Shown here in pieces: positions 10,071 through 19,836 of a stretch of DNA of 62,009 nucleotides; the first letter of the stretch is position 1; every line of letters begins with the position of its first letter. Position numbers and translations under genes: made by a program. Below the pieces are notes generated by a model. That model was given only the letters and a program-made list of their open reading frames with translations. It did no database searches and had not been told where the DNA came from. Origin of the DNA: Candidatus Terraquivivens tengchongensis (GTDB lineage Archaea; Thermoproteota; Nitrososphaeria_A; Caldarchaeales; Wolframiiraptoraceae); the NCBI GenBank assembly GCA_023261845.1, contig JALNJZ010000007.1, forward strand, positions 1 to 62,009, read 5' to 3'.

Positions 10071-10778
10071 ATGTTTTTAGAGGAGTACGAAGCAAATTTT
10101 AAAGGGCGGTATAGGGTGAAGGTAGCGCTTCTAGGAGGTACTGCTGGTCAAGGTTTTGGTCTTGCACTAAGGTTCTGCAAAGCGGGCATGGATGTTATCA
10201 TAGGCTCTAGAAGCACGGAAAGGGCTTTGGAGACCGCAAAGAACATCAGAGCTGCGCTAGGCAACAACGTAAAAGTTGAAGGAATGTTGAATGAAGAAGC
10301 AGTAAAGATAGCAGACGTTGTATTTCTTACTGTCCCGCTAGTAGGTCTGATACCGATTCTCAAATCTATTGCAAACGACGTGAACGGAAAAGTCGTGGTG
10401 TCCGCGGTTGTTCCGCTTGAGGCAGAGATAGGCGGAGCACTTAGACCCATACGTCTATGGTCGGGATCGGTCGCTGAGCTTGTTGCTGAAAGGTTAAAGA
10501 ATTCTAAGATTGTAGCGGCATTTCACAATATTTCAGCCGATGCCTTAAACGACCTCGAAAAACCTGTTGAATGCGACGTCGTTGTCTGCAGCGACCACGA
10601 AGACGCTAAACAGTTAGTTATGCAACTTGCGCAGAAGATAGAAGGTGTGAGAGCCATTGACGGCGGACCTTTGAGAAACTCGAGGTATGTTGAGGAGCTT
10701 ACTGCGCTGCTAATCTTTTTAGACAAAAGATATTCTGTCAAATTCTCGGGCTTGCGCTTTACTGGGATTAAAATATAG
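10071..10778 (+). CDS. npdG: NADPH-dependent F420 reductase (likely start GTG at 10116)
   Basis: GGTAGQGFGLALR, IGSR, AFHNISA and DGGPL motifs. Confidence 0.88.
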   Translation: MFLEEYEANFKGRYRVKVALLGGTAGQGFGLALRFCKAGMDVIIGSRSTERALETAKNIRAALGNNVKVEGMLNEEAVKIADVVFLTVPLVGLIPILKSIANDVNGKVVVSAVVPLEAEIGGALRPIRLWSGSVAELVAERLKNSKIVAAFHNISADALNDLEKPVECDVVVCSDHEDAKQLVMQLAQKIEGVRAIDGGPLRNSRYVEELTALLIFLDKRYSVKFSGLRFTGIKI

Positions 10779-10816
10779 AGCAACATATTTCAACAAGCAA
10801 TGCAATCAGAACGGAT

Positions 10817-12175
10817 ATGGTTGATCCAAACATTTTCAGGGCATACGACATAAGAGGTGTTTTTGGCAAGGACATAAACGAAGAAGTTGCGACGTTATTG
10901 GGGAAGGTTTTTGGAACTTACATTGGCAACAAAGGCGAGATCCTCGCTGGTAGGGATGTCCGGCTTAGTGGAGAAGCATTGTGTAAGGCATTCAGCGAGG
11001 GGATGATGGATGCTGGATGTAACGTTTACGATGCTGGTATGATACCAACACCTGTCGCATACTTTGGGGTTGTAGCATTAAAGATGGATGGGGGTTTCCA
11101 AGTTACCGCATCACATAACCCGCCGGAGTGGAATGGTTTCAAGCTCATTCTCAATACTGGCGATACTGTGTCAGAAGGGTTTGGTATGGAAAAGATAAAA
11201 GATATGGCAACGAAAAATGAATTCAGGTTAGCAGAAAAGAAGGGTTGCTTGAAGAAAATTGACGTCCTACCAGTTTACGAGAACTTCTTGTTAGGAAGGT
11301 TTAAGCCAGAAAGAAAGGTAACCATAGCGCTTGATCTATCAAACGGTGCCGGATGCAATTTTGTTCCAAAACTTCTATCCAAAGCAGGTTGTAAAACGAT
11401 TGCTATAAATGACGTGCCGGATGGAAATTTTCCGGGACACTTACCCGAGCCTACACAAGAAACATTGCAACACCTTTCGCATCTAGTTATCAGCTCCAAA
11501 GCTGACTTTGGTGTTGGTTTGGATGGTGATGCAGATAGGGCGGTCTTCGTTGATGACTTAGGTAGGATATTGCCAGGCGATGTTGCGCTTGCAGTATTTG
11601 TTACTAACTTGGATAAAAAGGGCAAGGTAGTTTACGATGTCAGCTGCTCATCCTTCCTAAAGAAGGTCATAGAGGATGCTGGTTGTGAGCCTATCGAGAG
11701 TAGGGTTGGTAGAGCTTTTGTGATGAGAAAGGTCAGAGAGACTGGTGCGGTAATCGGCGGAGAAAAGAGTAACCATATATACTTCTCGGATGTTTATGGT
11801 TTTGACGATGCGATATTTGCAATTTGTAAAATGGCCGAGATAATCTCGAAAAGCGAAACTAAGCTCTCGGAAATTGTTGATAAATTTCCGAGACTTCCGT
11901 CCATACCTATAATATCATTCGACTGTCCAGATGAATACAAATCTATGGTCGTTAAGGAACTTGCAAAGTTTTTTGAATCCAAAGGATTCATCATTAACAC
12001 AATTGATGGTATGAAGGCAACTTCTGAGGATGGTTGGGTTCTTATCAGGCCCTCAAACACCATGCCTCAGATAAAGATGACTGCCGAGGCTAAAACGGAA
12101 GAGAAGTTAAAAGAACTAGTTAAGCTGGCACAGGAAGTTATCAAGAAGAAAATAGAGGAGCTTTCAGGGAGATAA
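10817..12175 (+). CDS. Phosphomannomutase/phosphoglucomutase
   Basis: FRAYDIRG, TASHNP, DGDADR, GEKS and RPSNT motifs. Confidence 0.93.
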   Translation: MVDPNIFRAYDIRGVFGKDINEEVATLLGKVFGTYIGNKGEILAGRDVRLSGEALCKAFSEGMMDAGCNVYDAGMIPTPVAYFGVVALKMDGGFQVTASHNPPEWNGFKLILNTGDTVSEGFGMEKIKDMATKNEFRLAEKKGCLKKIDVLPVYENFLLGRFKPERKVTIALDLSNGAGCNFVPKLLSKAGCKTIAINDVPDGNFPGHLPEPTQETLQHLSHLVISSKADFGVGLDGDADRAVFVDDLGRILPGDVALAVFVTNLDKKGKVVYDVSCSSFLKKVIEDAGCEPIESRVGRAFVMRKVRETGAVIGGEKSNHIYFSDVYGFDDAIFAICKMAEIISKSETKLSEIVDKFPRLPSIPIISFDCPDEYKSMVVKELAKFFESKGFIINTIDGMKATSEDGWVLIRPSNTMPQIKMTAEAKTEEKLKELVKLAQEVIKKKIEELSGR

Positions 12176-12182
12176 GTTTGAT

Positions 12183-12845
12183 TTGAGTATTTTGGAAAGC
12201 TTCTACGAACTTATTGAGCTTCTTATCTCATATGGTTATTTCGGCTCTTTTATCATATCCTTCATAGGGAGTCTCATACCTTTCTTACCTTTGCCTTATC
12301 TCTTCCCTATAGTGCTGTTGAGTATGAAGCTCGATCCATTCCTCGTAGGTGTATTATCGGGGCTAGGAGGTTCCTTAGGCAAAGTTACGTCATATATTAT
12401 AGGGAGGTTTTGGAGAAGGTTTGCATCACAAAGTAGTAAGAAAAATCTCGATTTTTTCAGGTCCATCATCGGCAAGTACGGTGCGCTTGCCGTCTTCCTA
12501 TTCGCATTAACCCCATTACCTGACGACATAATTTACATACCTATGGGCATCATACGTTATGGTTTTTTGAAGTTCATGCTAGCAAACTGCGCAGGTAAAG
12601 TCATCCTCGCAGTATTCGTTGCATACGTCGGTAGATACTATAAAGAGTTAATGGACGTATTCCTCGGCGAGTCTATGAACGCGTTATCGATATCCATTGC
12701 CGTAGTGATCACGATAGTCTTTTCTATCGTTTTGTTTAGAATGGATTGGCAGGAGTTCATAACAGTCTTCAGGCAGAAAGGATTAAGAGGTGTTTTGGTA
12801 AAATTACCGAGATTAATTGGTTTACGTAGAGAAGAAAACGTTTAA
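12183..12845 (+). CDS. DedA/VTT-domain membrane protein
   Basis: Several hydrophobic helices, GGSLGKxxSYxIGR and FALTPLPDD motifs. Confidence 0.8.
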   Translation: MSILESFYELIELLISYGYFGSFIISFIGSLIPFLPLPYLFPIVLLSMKLDPFLVGVLSGLGGSLGKVTSYIIGRFWRRFASQSSKKNLDFFRSIIGKYGALAVFLFALTPLPDDIIYIPMGIIRYGFLKFMLANCAGKVILAVFVAYVGRYYKELMDVFLGESMNALSISIAVVITIVFSIVLFRMDWQEFITVFRQKGLRGVLVKLPRLIGLRREENV

Positions 12846-14322
12846 GCCCCCCTTAAATAATGTCGTGGATGGTATGGATACCATAACATCAGAGGAGATG
12901 GCAGTTGCGGACGAGAATAGCGAGTACCTTGGTATACCAAGAATCCTTTTGATGGAGAATGCAGGCAAGGCCGTTGCTGACCACCTGAAAGAGCATTTTA
13001 AAGACTTGAAAGGCAAATTCGTAACAATCTTTTGCGGAACTGGCAACAACGGCGGGGATGGAATGGTTGCGGCCAGACACTTGGCAGGCTATGGATGCAG
13101 AGTCCTTGTAATATTCTTAGGAAGTCCGGATAAAATAAGAACATATGAAGCGAGCAAGAACTTTGCAGCGATTAGTTCCATGAAAACAACGATAGAGATG
13201 ATTATTGTGAAAGACGTTACAACCTTAGAATCGTTAACCGATAGGATAGCAAATTCTGATGCTATCGTCGATGGTATATTTGGCACAGGTATTAAGGGAG
13301 AAGTCAGAGACCCTTGGTTGACTGCAATAAAGCAAATCAATGCGTTGGGCAAGTATATCGTGGCGATAGATGTACCTTCAGGTCTTGACCCGGATACGGG
13401 TGCCGTTGCGGGTACAGCGGTCAAGGCAAACACAACGATAACTTTCCACAGAATAAAACCAGGGCTTTTAACAGAGCGGGGTAAGATGCTGTCAGGTGAA
13501 CTGATAGTCTCATCGATAGGCATGCCGCCAGAGGCCGAGTTAGTCGCAGGACCCGGTGACCTGAGGGCTGCGACGGCCTATGTAGGCAGAGATAGAGGAA
13601 GGCTCGGTGTTGCACTTGATGATGTATCAAACGAGAACGTAATTCTTTTGCATGTATGTAGCCTGATGTGTAAGGAGGTCATAGTATTAGGTCAAGGCGT
13701 GCCTTATGAGCCCTACAAACGCAACGTAAGGCACGTGAACATGGAAGAGTTTATAGATTCTACCAAAACATTCTCCACAGTCTTTCTTGAGGAAAAGATT
13801 GGAAGAAATATTTTAACAAAGTTTGTCGGTTCAGGTGTTGAGGCCAGAATTTTCACGAATTCGTACGAACTTGCAAAATTGGCTAGAGAGCACTTTAAGT
13901 CTGTGTTGGCTCTTCCATCAGAAGACGTCGTATCTTCAGGTCTATCCACACCGGATAAATTCAAAGATATAAAATCGATTATGGATGTTACAAAAGACCT
14001 AAGCAAAAAGCTCAGCATGCCGGTAGGCATAATGGCAGAAGTTGATGGCATAGCGGACGGAGACGTTGTGAAGGTCAATTGGCTTCTAGAGCCAATCCGT
14101 GAGCCAGTGTACAGGCACCTCTACTTTGCGATAACCTCGGCATTCCTGTCGTGGGGAGCGAGCGCTTTGAGGTCCCTTTCGGCAGCCAGCTTTGCCACAA
14201 GGAGTGTAATTGCTAAGTTATTGCAAGCAGGAGATATAGTAACCCCTGAGAATGTGTTCACAACCTTCAGAGCTCTTTTGAATGAAATGAAATTGTTGGG
14301 TGTTTTCCAAAATAATCCCTAG
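12817..14322 (+). CDS. nnrE: NAD(P)H-hydrate epimerase with a divergent C-terminal domain (likely start ATG at 12874)
   Basis: LMENAG, GNNGGDG, DGIFGTG and IDVPSG in the N-terminal half; the C-terminal half lacks clear catalytic motifs. Confidence 0.85.
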   Translation: MVYVEKKTFKPPLNNVVDGMDTITSEEMAVADENSEYLGIPRILLMENAGKAVADHLKEHFKDLKGKFVTIFCGTGNNGGDGMVAARHLAGYGCRVLVIFLGSPDKIRTYEASKNFAAISSMKTTIEMIIVKDVTTLESLTDRIANSDAIVDGIFGTGIKGEVRDPWLTAIKQINALGKYIVAIDVPSGLDPDTGAVAGTAVKANTTITFHRIKPGLLTERGKMLSGELIVSSIGMPPEAELVAGPGDLRAATAYVGRDRGRLGVALDDVSNENVILLHVCSLMCKEVIVLGQGVPYEPYKRNVRHVNMEEFIDSTKTFSTVFLEEKIGRNILTKFVGSGVEARIFTNSYELAKLAREHFKSVLALPSEDVVSSGLSTPDKFKDIKSIMDVTKDLSKKLSMPVGIMAEVDGIADGDVVKVNWLLEPIREPVYRHLYFAITSAFLSWGASALRSLSAASFATRSVIAKLLQAGDIVTPENVFTTFRALLNEMKLLGVFQNNP

Positions 14323-14339
14323 ACCTCTACGTGGTAAGC

Positions 14340-15209
14340 CTAATCTTCTAACACAGTATCGTACGCCTTCAATATCTGCGGTATTTCATCTAATAGGTCG
14401 GTCGCGACTATATGGTAACCGAACTTGACGGTAGCCCTCTCGCCGGCTAAGCCATTTACTCTGGCGGCGGCCACAGCAGCCTCGATAGGTTTGGCACCCT
14501 TTGATAGGAAACCCGCCACGAGTCCAGAAAGCACGTCACCAGTTCCTCCAACCGTCATGGCAGATGTGCCCGTTCGGTTAAGCACTACTTCATTACCATC
14601 CGAGATTACGTCCACAGGTCCTTTTAGAAGTATTGTCAAGGAATACTCCGAGGCTTTCTCCTTAACGTGGACAGCCCGCTCCTCTACGCTTTTTGTAAGT
14701 TCAATGCCAAAAAGCCTTTTGAACTCTCCTGCATGTGGTGTGAGGACTGCCCTTTTTTCCTTTACAACAGTGAGCACGTCCGGTATTAATGCTGCTGCAT
14801 CCAGAACAACCGCTACGTCCCTTTCTAAGAGCTCCTTTAGAAGATACGTCAGAGCATCAGCATCCTTCGGCACGAGTCCAGGACCCACTACAGCTGCATC
14901 AACTTCAGGGATAATCTTCTCAAGCCTTCTTATAGAGCCCTTCGTTAGTTTTAGATCTGGCAATGGTAGGACTATGAAGTTTGGTGATAGGGCTCTTATG
15001 GCTGTCGCTATCTTCTCTGGTACAGCAACGTACACCAGGTCTATACCGCACCTAAAAGACGCCATGGCTGCAAGGGCCGGAGCACCATGGTAGAGCCAAC
15101 TTCCACCCACGACGAGTACTATGCCGTTCTCACCCTTCCTCGAATGCGTCCTCCTAGGCTTCATCGCGTTTTTGATATCCTCGTCTGACGATTCTCTGAC
15201 TCGATCCAA
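14340..15209 (-). CDS. nnrD: ADP-dependent NAD(P)H-hydrate dehydratase
   Basis: SRKGENG, GGSWLYHGAP, GPGL, TPHAGEF and GGTGDVLSG motifs. Confidence 0.92.
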   Translation of the reverse strand: MDRVRESSDEDIKNAMKPRRTHSRKGENGIVLVVGGSWLYHGAPALAAMASFRCGIDLVYVAVPEKIATAIRALSPNFIVLPLPDLKLTKGSIRRLEKIIPEVDAAVVGPGLVPKDADALTYLLKELLERDVAVVLDAAALIPDVLTVVKEKRAVLTPHAGEFKRLFGIELTKSVEERAVHVKEKASEYSLTILLKGPVDVISDGNEVVLNRTGTSAMTVGGTGDVLSGLVAGFLSKGAKPIEAAVAAARVNGLAGERATVKFGYHIVATDLLDEIPQILKAYDTVLED

Positions 15210-15322
15210 ACATTAACCTCCAAGATCTACAACATTACGGATAAATACATAGAAACATAAAAAGATTCGCGCCGAGGTGTCAAAGAACTCGGCGCATTAT
15301 AGGGGGTCTTTGGACTATATGC

Positions 15323-15634
15323 TCACTTGCTCTTCTTAGCTGGCTGCTCTGGAACGCTGACGAGTATCTCGATAGTACTGACGTTCCTCGGCTTACCGTC
15401 AGCACCTACCCTGCCTTCTTCTGTACCAATGTTGACTTTTTCTATGACGGCGTTTTGAACGAACCTTCTCCTAATGACTTCCACGATGTCAACGGCCTTA
15501 CTTATAGCCCGTCCTCTTGCCTTCAGTAGTACCTTTTTGCCTTCAGCAAGTGGCAGCGTGGTAGCGAGCACATAGTTCATCGTAGGTTTCTTTCCTACGA
15601 GAACGACGGCTTCCGTGCTACTCATACTCTCCAC
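15323..15634 (-). CDS. albA: Chromatin protein Alba
   Basis: VGKKPTMNYV, KARGRAISKAVD and NVSTIEI motifs. Confidence 0.95.
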   Translation of the reverse strand: MESMSSTEAVVLVGKKPTMNYVLATTLPLAEGKKVLLKARGRAISKAVDIVEVIRRRFVQNAVIEKVNIGTEEGRVGADGKPRNVSTIEILVSVPEQPAKKSK

Positions 15635-15690
15635 CTTCCTTACGTGGTTATCTGTGTAATTTTTCGGTAAATAAGCTTTTTTCTAAGACT

Positions 15691-16635
15691 CTAAGGTGTT
15701 TCGGAAGTGTTTTGACTCATCCATTCCTCGAAAGCTAACACAAGAAGGGGCAGGGCTACGGACATATCTAGGCAGACGTTCGCTATCATGCCTTTTACCT
15801 TAACCTTTCCCCAAGATTTGGCCTCCTCCAGTCTCGCACCACTAAGTCCGCCGTGCTCTTCTCTATCAGTGGTTATTTGTATAGCATAGCTCAGCGGCCT
15901 GTCAGCCGCATTGACCGCCATCATCGTAAAGTGCTTTGGGGTACCGCCGCCAAGGAAGATAGCCCCTGTACGTTTCGAGGTCCATACTCTATCTACCAGC
16001 TTGCTTATATCTGAGAGCGTGTCTAGCTTCACCTTACCACCGGTCCTAAACCTAATCTGGCTTCCGATTATCGAGTCTGCTAAGGCCGGACTGAATACTT
16101 CGACCCCTGATTCGTAGGATGCTCTTAAGAAAGATTTTTCATCCTCAATCCTTGAAGCCAGCATTTTAATTATGTCGGAGCTGGAGAAAGTGCCGTTTAC
16201 ATCTCTAAAAGTTTCATCTATGAATTTTTCTAACATAATGTAGGACTCTTTCATAATTCCTATGTTGTATATTCTATAAATCCCCATTTTTGCTAGCTTA
16301 ACGTCGTCCATCTCTTCGCGTTCAAGCACGAAGTGTTTGCCACCTATCGCCTCTATAACATCATGCGTTATATTCGCACCAGTCGTTACTACAGTATTGA
16401 CAAAGCCAAACCTTATCAGCTTCGTTATAAGAGGTCTCAAACCGGATGCAACAGCAGCACCAGCAACTCCAAGCAATGTGTGGCACTCGTTATCCAGAAA
16501 CATATTCATCATTATCGAGAACGCTCTACCCAATTCCCTCGCTACCATACCAATTTCAGAGAATCTCTTTAAGAGCTCACAATATCCGATACTACAATCA
16601 GCATCAAATTGTTTAAGCACTTTCACCTTGATCAC
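15691..16635 (-). CDS. dys: Deoxyhypusine synthase
   Basis: TTGAN, GGGTPKH and GGLSGARLEEAKSWGK (catalytic Lys). Confidence 0.92.
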   Translation of the reverse strand: MIKVKVLKQFDADCSIGYCELLKRFSEIGMVARELGRAFSIMMNMFLDNECHTLLGVAGAAVASGLRPLITKLIRFGFVNTVVTTGANITHDVIEAIGGKHFVLEREEMDDVKLAKMGIYRIYNIGIMKESYIMLEKFIDETFRDVNGTFSSSDIIKMLASRIEDEKSFLRASYESGVEVFSPALADSIIGSQIRFRTGGKVKLDTLSDISKLVDRVWTSKRTGAIFLGGGTPKHFTMMAVNAADRPLSYAIQITTDREEHGGLSGARLEEAKSWGKVKVKGMIANVCLDMSVALPLLVLAFEEWMSQNTSETP

Positions 16636-17045
16636 TCAACCTGCTCTTTTAATGAAAAAGGCTTACCCTCTCTTAGAACCTTTTCGGGTATTTTCTCCTT
16701 CCACTTTCTCAGAAATTCGACATCTTCGTTAGGTTTCCTGAGCTCGTCGGGTAACAACCTAGGTATCTCCTCCTCTATCGGATACCATCTTCCACAACCA
16801 CCGCATATTAGCATTCCGGACGATATTTCTTTCGTATAACATGATGCACAATCAGGATTCTGTATCTCAGATAGGTTGTTGTGGTAGGCGCAATAAAGCT
16901 CGCATTTCCTTATGCTCTTCGGAGGTTGAAGACTTAGCTCGGTAAATACTAAAAGCGAGAGCGGAAACTTCTTACAAATTGGACACGCTAACAAGTCCAT
17001 CAATCTGTATTTCAAAAATACTTCACCTGCCAGTCGGCAGAACAT
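16632..17045 (-). CDS. Trm112-family methyltransferase activator with a Cys-rich insertion
   Basis: LMDLLACPICK ... LICGGCGRWYPIEEEIPRLLP. Confidence 0.85.
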   Translation of the reverse strand: MFCRLAGEVFLKYRLMDLLACPICKKFPLSLLVFTELSLQPPKSIRKCELYCAYHNNLSEIQNPDCASCYTKEISSGMLICGGCGRWYPIEEEIPRLLPDELRKPNEDVEFLRKWKEKIPEKVLREGKPFSLKEQVE

Positions 17046-17509
17046 TATAATTTTGAGGTTGGAACAAAAGGTTTTACGTTAAACAACCTAGAATACTCCT
17101 TCATTATACACCTGTCCCAGATAACTGCTATGCCAGCCTTTCGTAACTTCTCAGCTGCCTCCTTGTTGTATATGCCCTCCTGCATCCAGAATACCTTCAC
17201 ACCCTTTTTTATAGCATCCTCGGCTACTGGTGGTACATCCTCAGAGCGTCTGAATACATCGACTATATCAACATCTTCCTGAATCTCGAGAAGGCTCCTA
17301 TAAGACTTCAATGCCTGGTTTCCAACATTGATCTCGTCCACATTAGGGTTGACTGGTATTATCTTGTATCCATGTTTCATGAGGAACTTTGGAACATAAT
17401 GACCCGGCTTACTTGGGTCCCTGCTCATACCAACTACGGCTACGACCTTATGTTTGGAAAGTATGCCCCTTATCTCCTCATCAGAAAGGCCGTCCTTTTC
17501 TTCAATCAT
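17045..17509 (-). CDS. CoA-binding protein (YccU-like)
   Basis: VAVVGMS, IIPVNP, DIVDVFR, WMQEG and DRC motifs. Confidence 0.9.
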   Translation of the reverse strand: MIEEKDGLSDEEIRGILSKHKVVAVVGMSRDPSKPGHYVPKFLMKHGYKIIPVNPNVDEINVGNQALKSYRSLLEIQEDVDIVDVFRRSEDVPPVAEDAIKKGVKVFWMQEGIYNKEAAEKLRKAGIAVIWDRCIMKEYSRLFNVKPFVPTSKL

Positions 17510-17606
17510 ATGAGTAAAAAAGTTAACCCTTGTCTTAAACTTTCTCTACACATAAAATCAAGTCGGGCCGTCAATGGTATGGCTTTTCATACCATCTGGT
17601 TCACCT

Positions 17607-18110
17607 CTAGTACGCCGTAACGGACTTTACCGTCGGAACGTTCAATATCTTTCGGATAGCATCGCCTGAAGGATGTTTCTCGAGGACGAGAATCAGTCTA
17701 GGTTCAGGGAATAGATCAGGGTCCTCAGCGGAAGCCTGCCTTATCACTATGCCCTCCTCAGATAATATTGTGGCAATTTTTGCAAGTACGCCGACAGCAG
17801 AGGGGTCTGCCCTGATTTCAAGAACGGAATAACCTAGGATCTTTGCGATTGGCGATAATAAGGCCCCTGCAGGCCTCAGACCTGTAAAGATCTTTTTTAG
17901 AGTCTCGTCTGATAATAGGTATTCGACGGTCTTCCTTACAACCCTTCTATCAACACCAGCAGCTTTTGCAAGGGCAAGGTCTGCTATTTCTACAGGTCCC
18001 ACGACTAAACTTCCTCGCTCTGTTATACCAATTCCGTGCTCTATCATGAGCCTGACTACCTTTATACGTGCAGGATATTCCTTAAGCTGTTCTAGAATGC
18101 TTTTCCACAT
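17607..18110 (-). CDS. Archaeal HTH + ACT-domain regulator of amino acid metabolism
   Basis: LAKAAGVDRRVV HTH and C-terminal ACT (GVLAKIATILSEEGIVIRQ). Confidence 0.8.
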   Translation of the reverse strand: MWKSILEQLKEYPARIKVVRLMIEHGIGITERGSLVVGPVEIADLALAKAAGVDRRVVRKTVEYLLSDETLKKIFTGLRPAGALLSPIAKILGYSVLEIRADPSAVGVLAKIATILSEEGIVIRQASAEDPDLFPEPRLILVLEKHPSGDAIRKILNVPTVKSVTAY

Positions 18111-18182
18111 CTCTCAATGACAATTTTTGTGCATAAAGGCCCCTTGTTTATAAGCTTTTAATTAAAAAGAGAAGTTTACGAT

Positions 18183-19109
18183 ATGATCAAGATGCAACTC
18201 TATGATAGGGCTCATGATATAGCAGCTTGCTGTCAACTTGCACTCCTCTTGGAGGTAAGTGCTTATCCTAAGCCAGGTCTCGTGCACAGAACTAGGGAAT
18301 TCTATGAGACCAGTTTTGAGCACTTCCTGTCTTCAGCATCCTCTTTGTACTGGCCATTCTTCGAGGCTGCCATGATGGGCATAAGGCGAAAGGGCTCAGT
18401 TGGAGGTTTGGTAAAGCTTGCGGTGAGACGGATGCTGAGCTGGCAGCACGGCGGCAACACACACTTAGGCGCTCTTTTGTTGGTCATACCGATGGCGACT
18501 GCGGCTGGTATGGTTGACGATTTTCCCATTAGGCCGAGTAGGCTTAGGAAGGAGCTGAGAAACATTCTAAAAATGATGGGCCCCAAAGATACCGAGAAGA
18601 TATTCCAGTCCATAGCTTATGTGATGCCAGGAGGTCTTGGGAAGGTTCCTTATCTGGATGTGAAGGATCAGAAAACCTATGAGGAGATTAGACGTAAAAA
18701 GATCACACCCATAATGGCGTTGAAGCGCTACGTAGATAGGGATATAGTAGCACATGAATGGGTGACAGGCTACAGTCTGACGTTCGGATTGGGGTACAAG
18801 GAGCTGAAGAATCAGATAACAAAGACAAAGAATTTGAACGAAGCCATTACTAACACGTTTTTGAAGATACTTGCCCAAAAACCAGACACGCTCATCATGA
18901 GGAGGGCCGGAATCCAAGTTGCTAGACTCGTATCAGCCATGGCGGCAAAAGCTATCAAGCTAGGAGGCATAAGTTCTGCAAAGGGAAGGAAGGAGGTCGA
19001 GAAAATGGATGAGCAGTTTAGAAAGAGTAGGTCCATGAGGCCCGGTGCAACAGCAGACCTTTTATGCTCGTCTTTAGCGGTCCTCTTGATGGAGGGCTTT
19101 AGACCTTAA
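18183..19109 (+). CDS. CitG-family triphosphoribosyl-dephospho-CoA synthase-like protein
   Basis: LEVSAYPKPGLVHR, NTHLG, DTLI and PGATAD motifs. Confidence 0.85.
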   Translation: MIKMQLYDRAHDIAACCQLALLLEVSAYPKPGLVHRTREFYETSFEHFLSSASSLYWPFFEAAMMGIRRKGSVGGLVKLAVRRMLSWQHGGNTHLGALLLVIPMATAAGMVDDFPIRPSRLRKELRNILKMMGPKDTEKIFQSIAYVMPGGLGKVPYLDVKDQKTYEEIRRKKITPIMALKRYVDRDIVAHEWVTGYSLTFGLGYKELKNQITKTKNLNEAITNTFLKILAQKPDTLIMRRAGIQVARLVSAMAAKAIKLGGISSAKGRKEVEKMDEQFRKSRSMRPGATADLLCSSLAVLLMEGFRP

Positions 19110-19134
19110 AGTTCTTTTTCATGTATCTGAGAGC

Positions 19135-19836
19135 GTGATGATTATGTCCGAAACGTATACCGAGGGAGACCTTAAAAAGTTTATGGAAGCGAACCACGTA
19201 ATCCCTCGTGTAGTCTACGAATGCATACTGACCACGAAAGCGGGTGATGAGGCTAACGCAGCACCTATGGGCGTCGTCTTTGAGGACGATGCTATGTTAT
19301 TGAGACCATTCAAAAATACAAAAAGCTATAGATTATTGACACGTGCGCCATATGGTGTTATCAATTTTACTGACGATGTTGAAATATTTTACATAACTAC
19401 TTTTGATACAAAAATCGGTTTTAACGAGCTCTTTACCTCATCTATTTCCGTTCCTGTACCATCGTTGACAAATGCTTATGCCAGACTAGAATTCGTCGTG
19501 GAGGGTTTAGTAAGCGAAGATGATGAGAGAGCGGTCTTCAGATGCAAAGTGCTCAAGGCTTTATGGAAAAGAAGAGAAGCAAAACCATATACAAGAGCTG
19601 AGTACGCAATCATCGAATCGCTTATCCATGCGACGAGGATAAAGTTCTTCTTAGAACGTGGTATGACACAAGAGGCCATCCAGCTTGCACTATTTATCAA
19701 ACATTACGACGCATTAATATCTAGGATAGCACCTAACACGATCTACTCATCCATAATGAATAAGCTAAAAGTATTAATTTCCAGCTGGAGTCCGTTCAAC
19801 CTTCCTCCGAATTTTTTTGAATTCCAAGAAGATTAA
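19135..19836 (+). CDS. DUF447-family protein
   Basis: YECILTT, NAAPMG, RPFKNTKSY and RAEYAIIESLIHATR motifs. Confidence 0.75.
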   Translation: MMIMSETYTEGDLKKFMEANHVIPRVVYECILTTKAGDEANAAPMGVVFEDDAMLLRPFKNTKSYRLLTRAPYGVINFTDDVEIFYITTFDTKIGFNELFTSSISVPVPSLTNAYARLEFVVEGLVSEDDERAVFRCKVLKALWKRREAKPYTRAEYAIIESLIHATRIKFFLERGMTQEAIQLALFIKHYDALISRIAPNTIYSSIMNKLKVLISSWSPFNLPPNFFEFQED

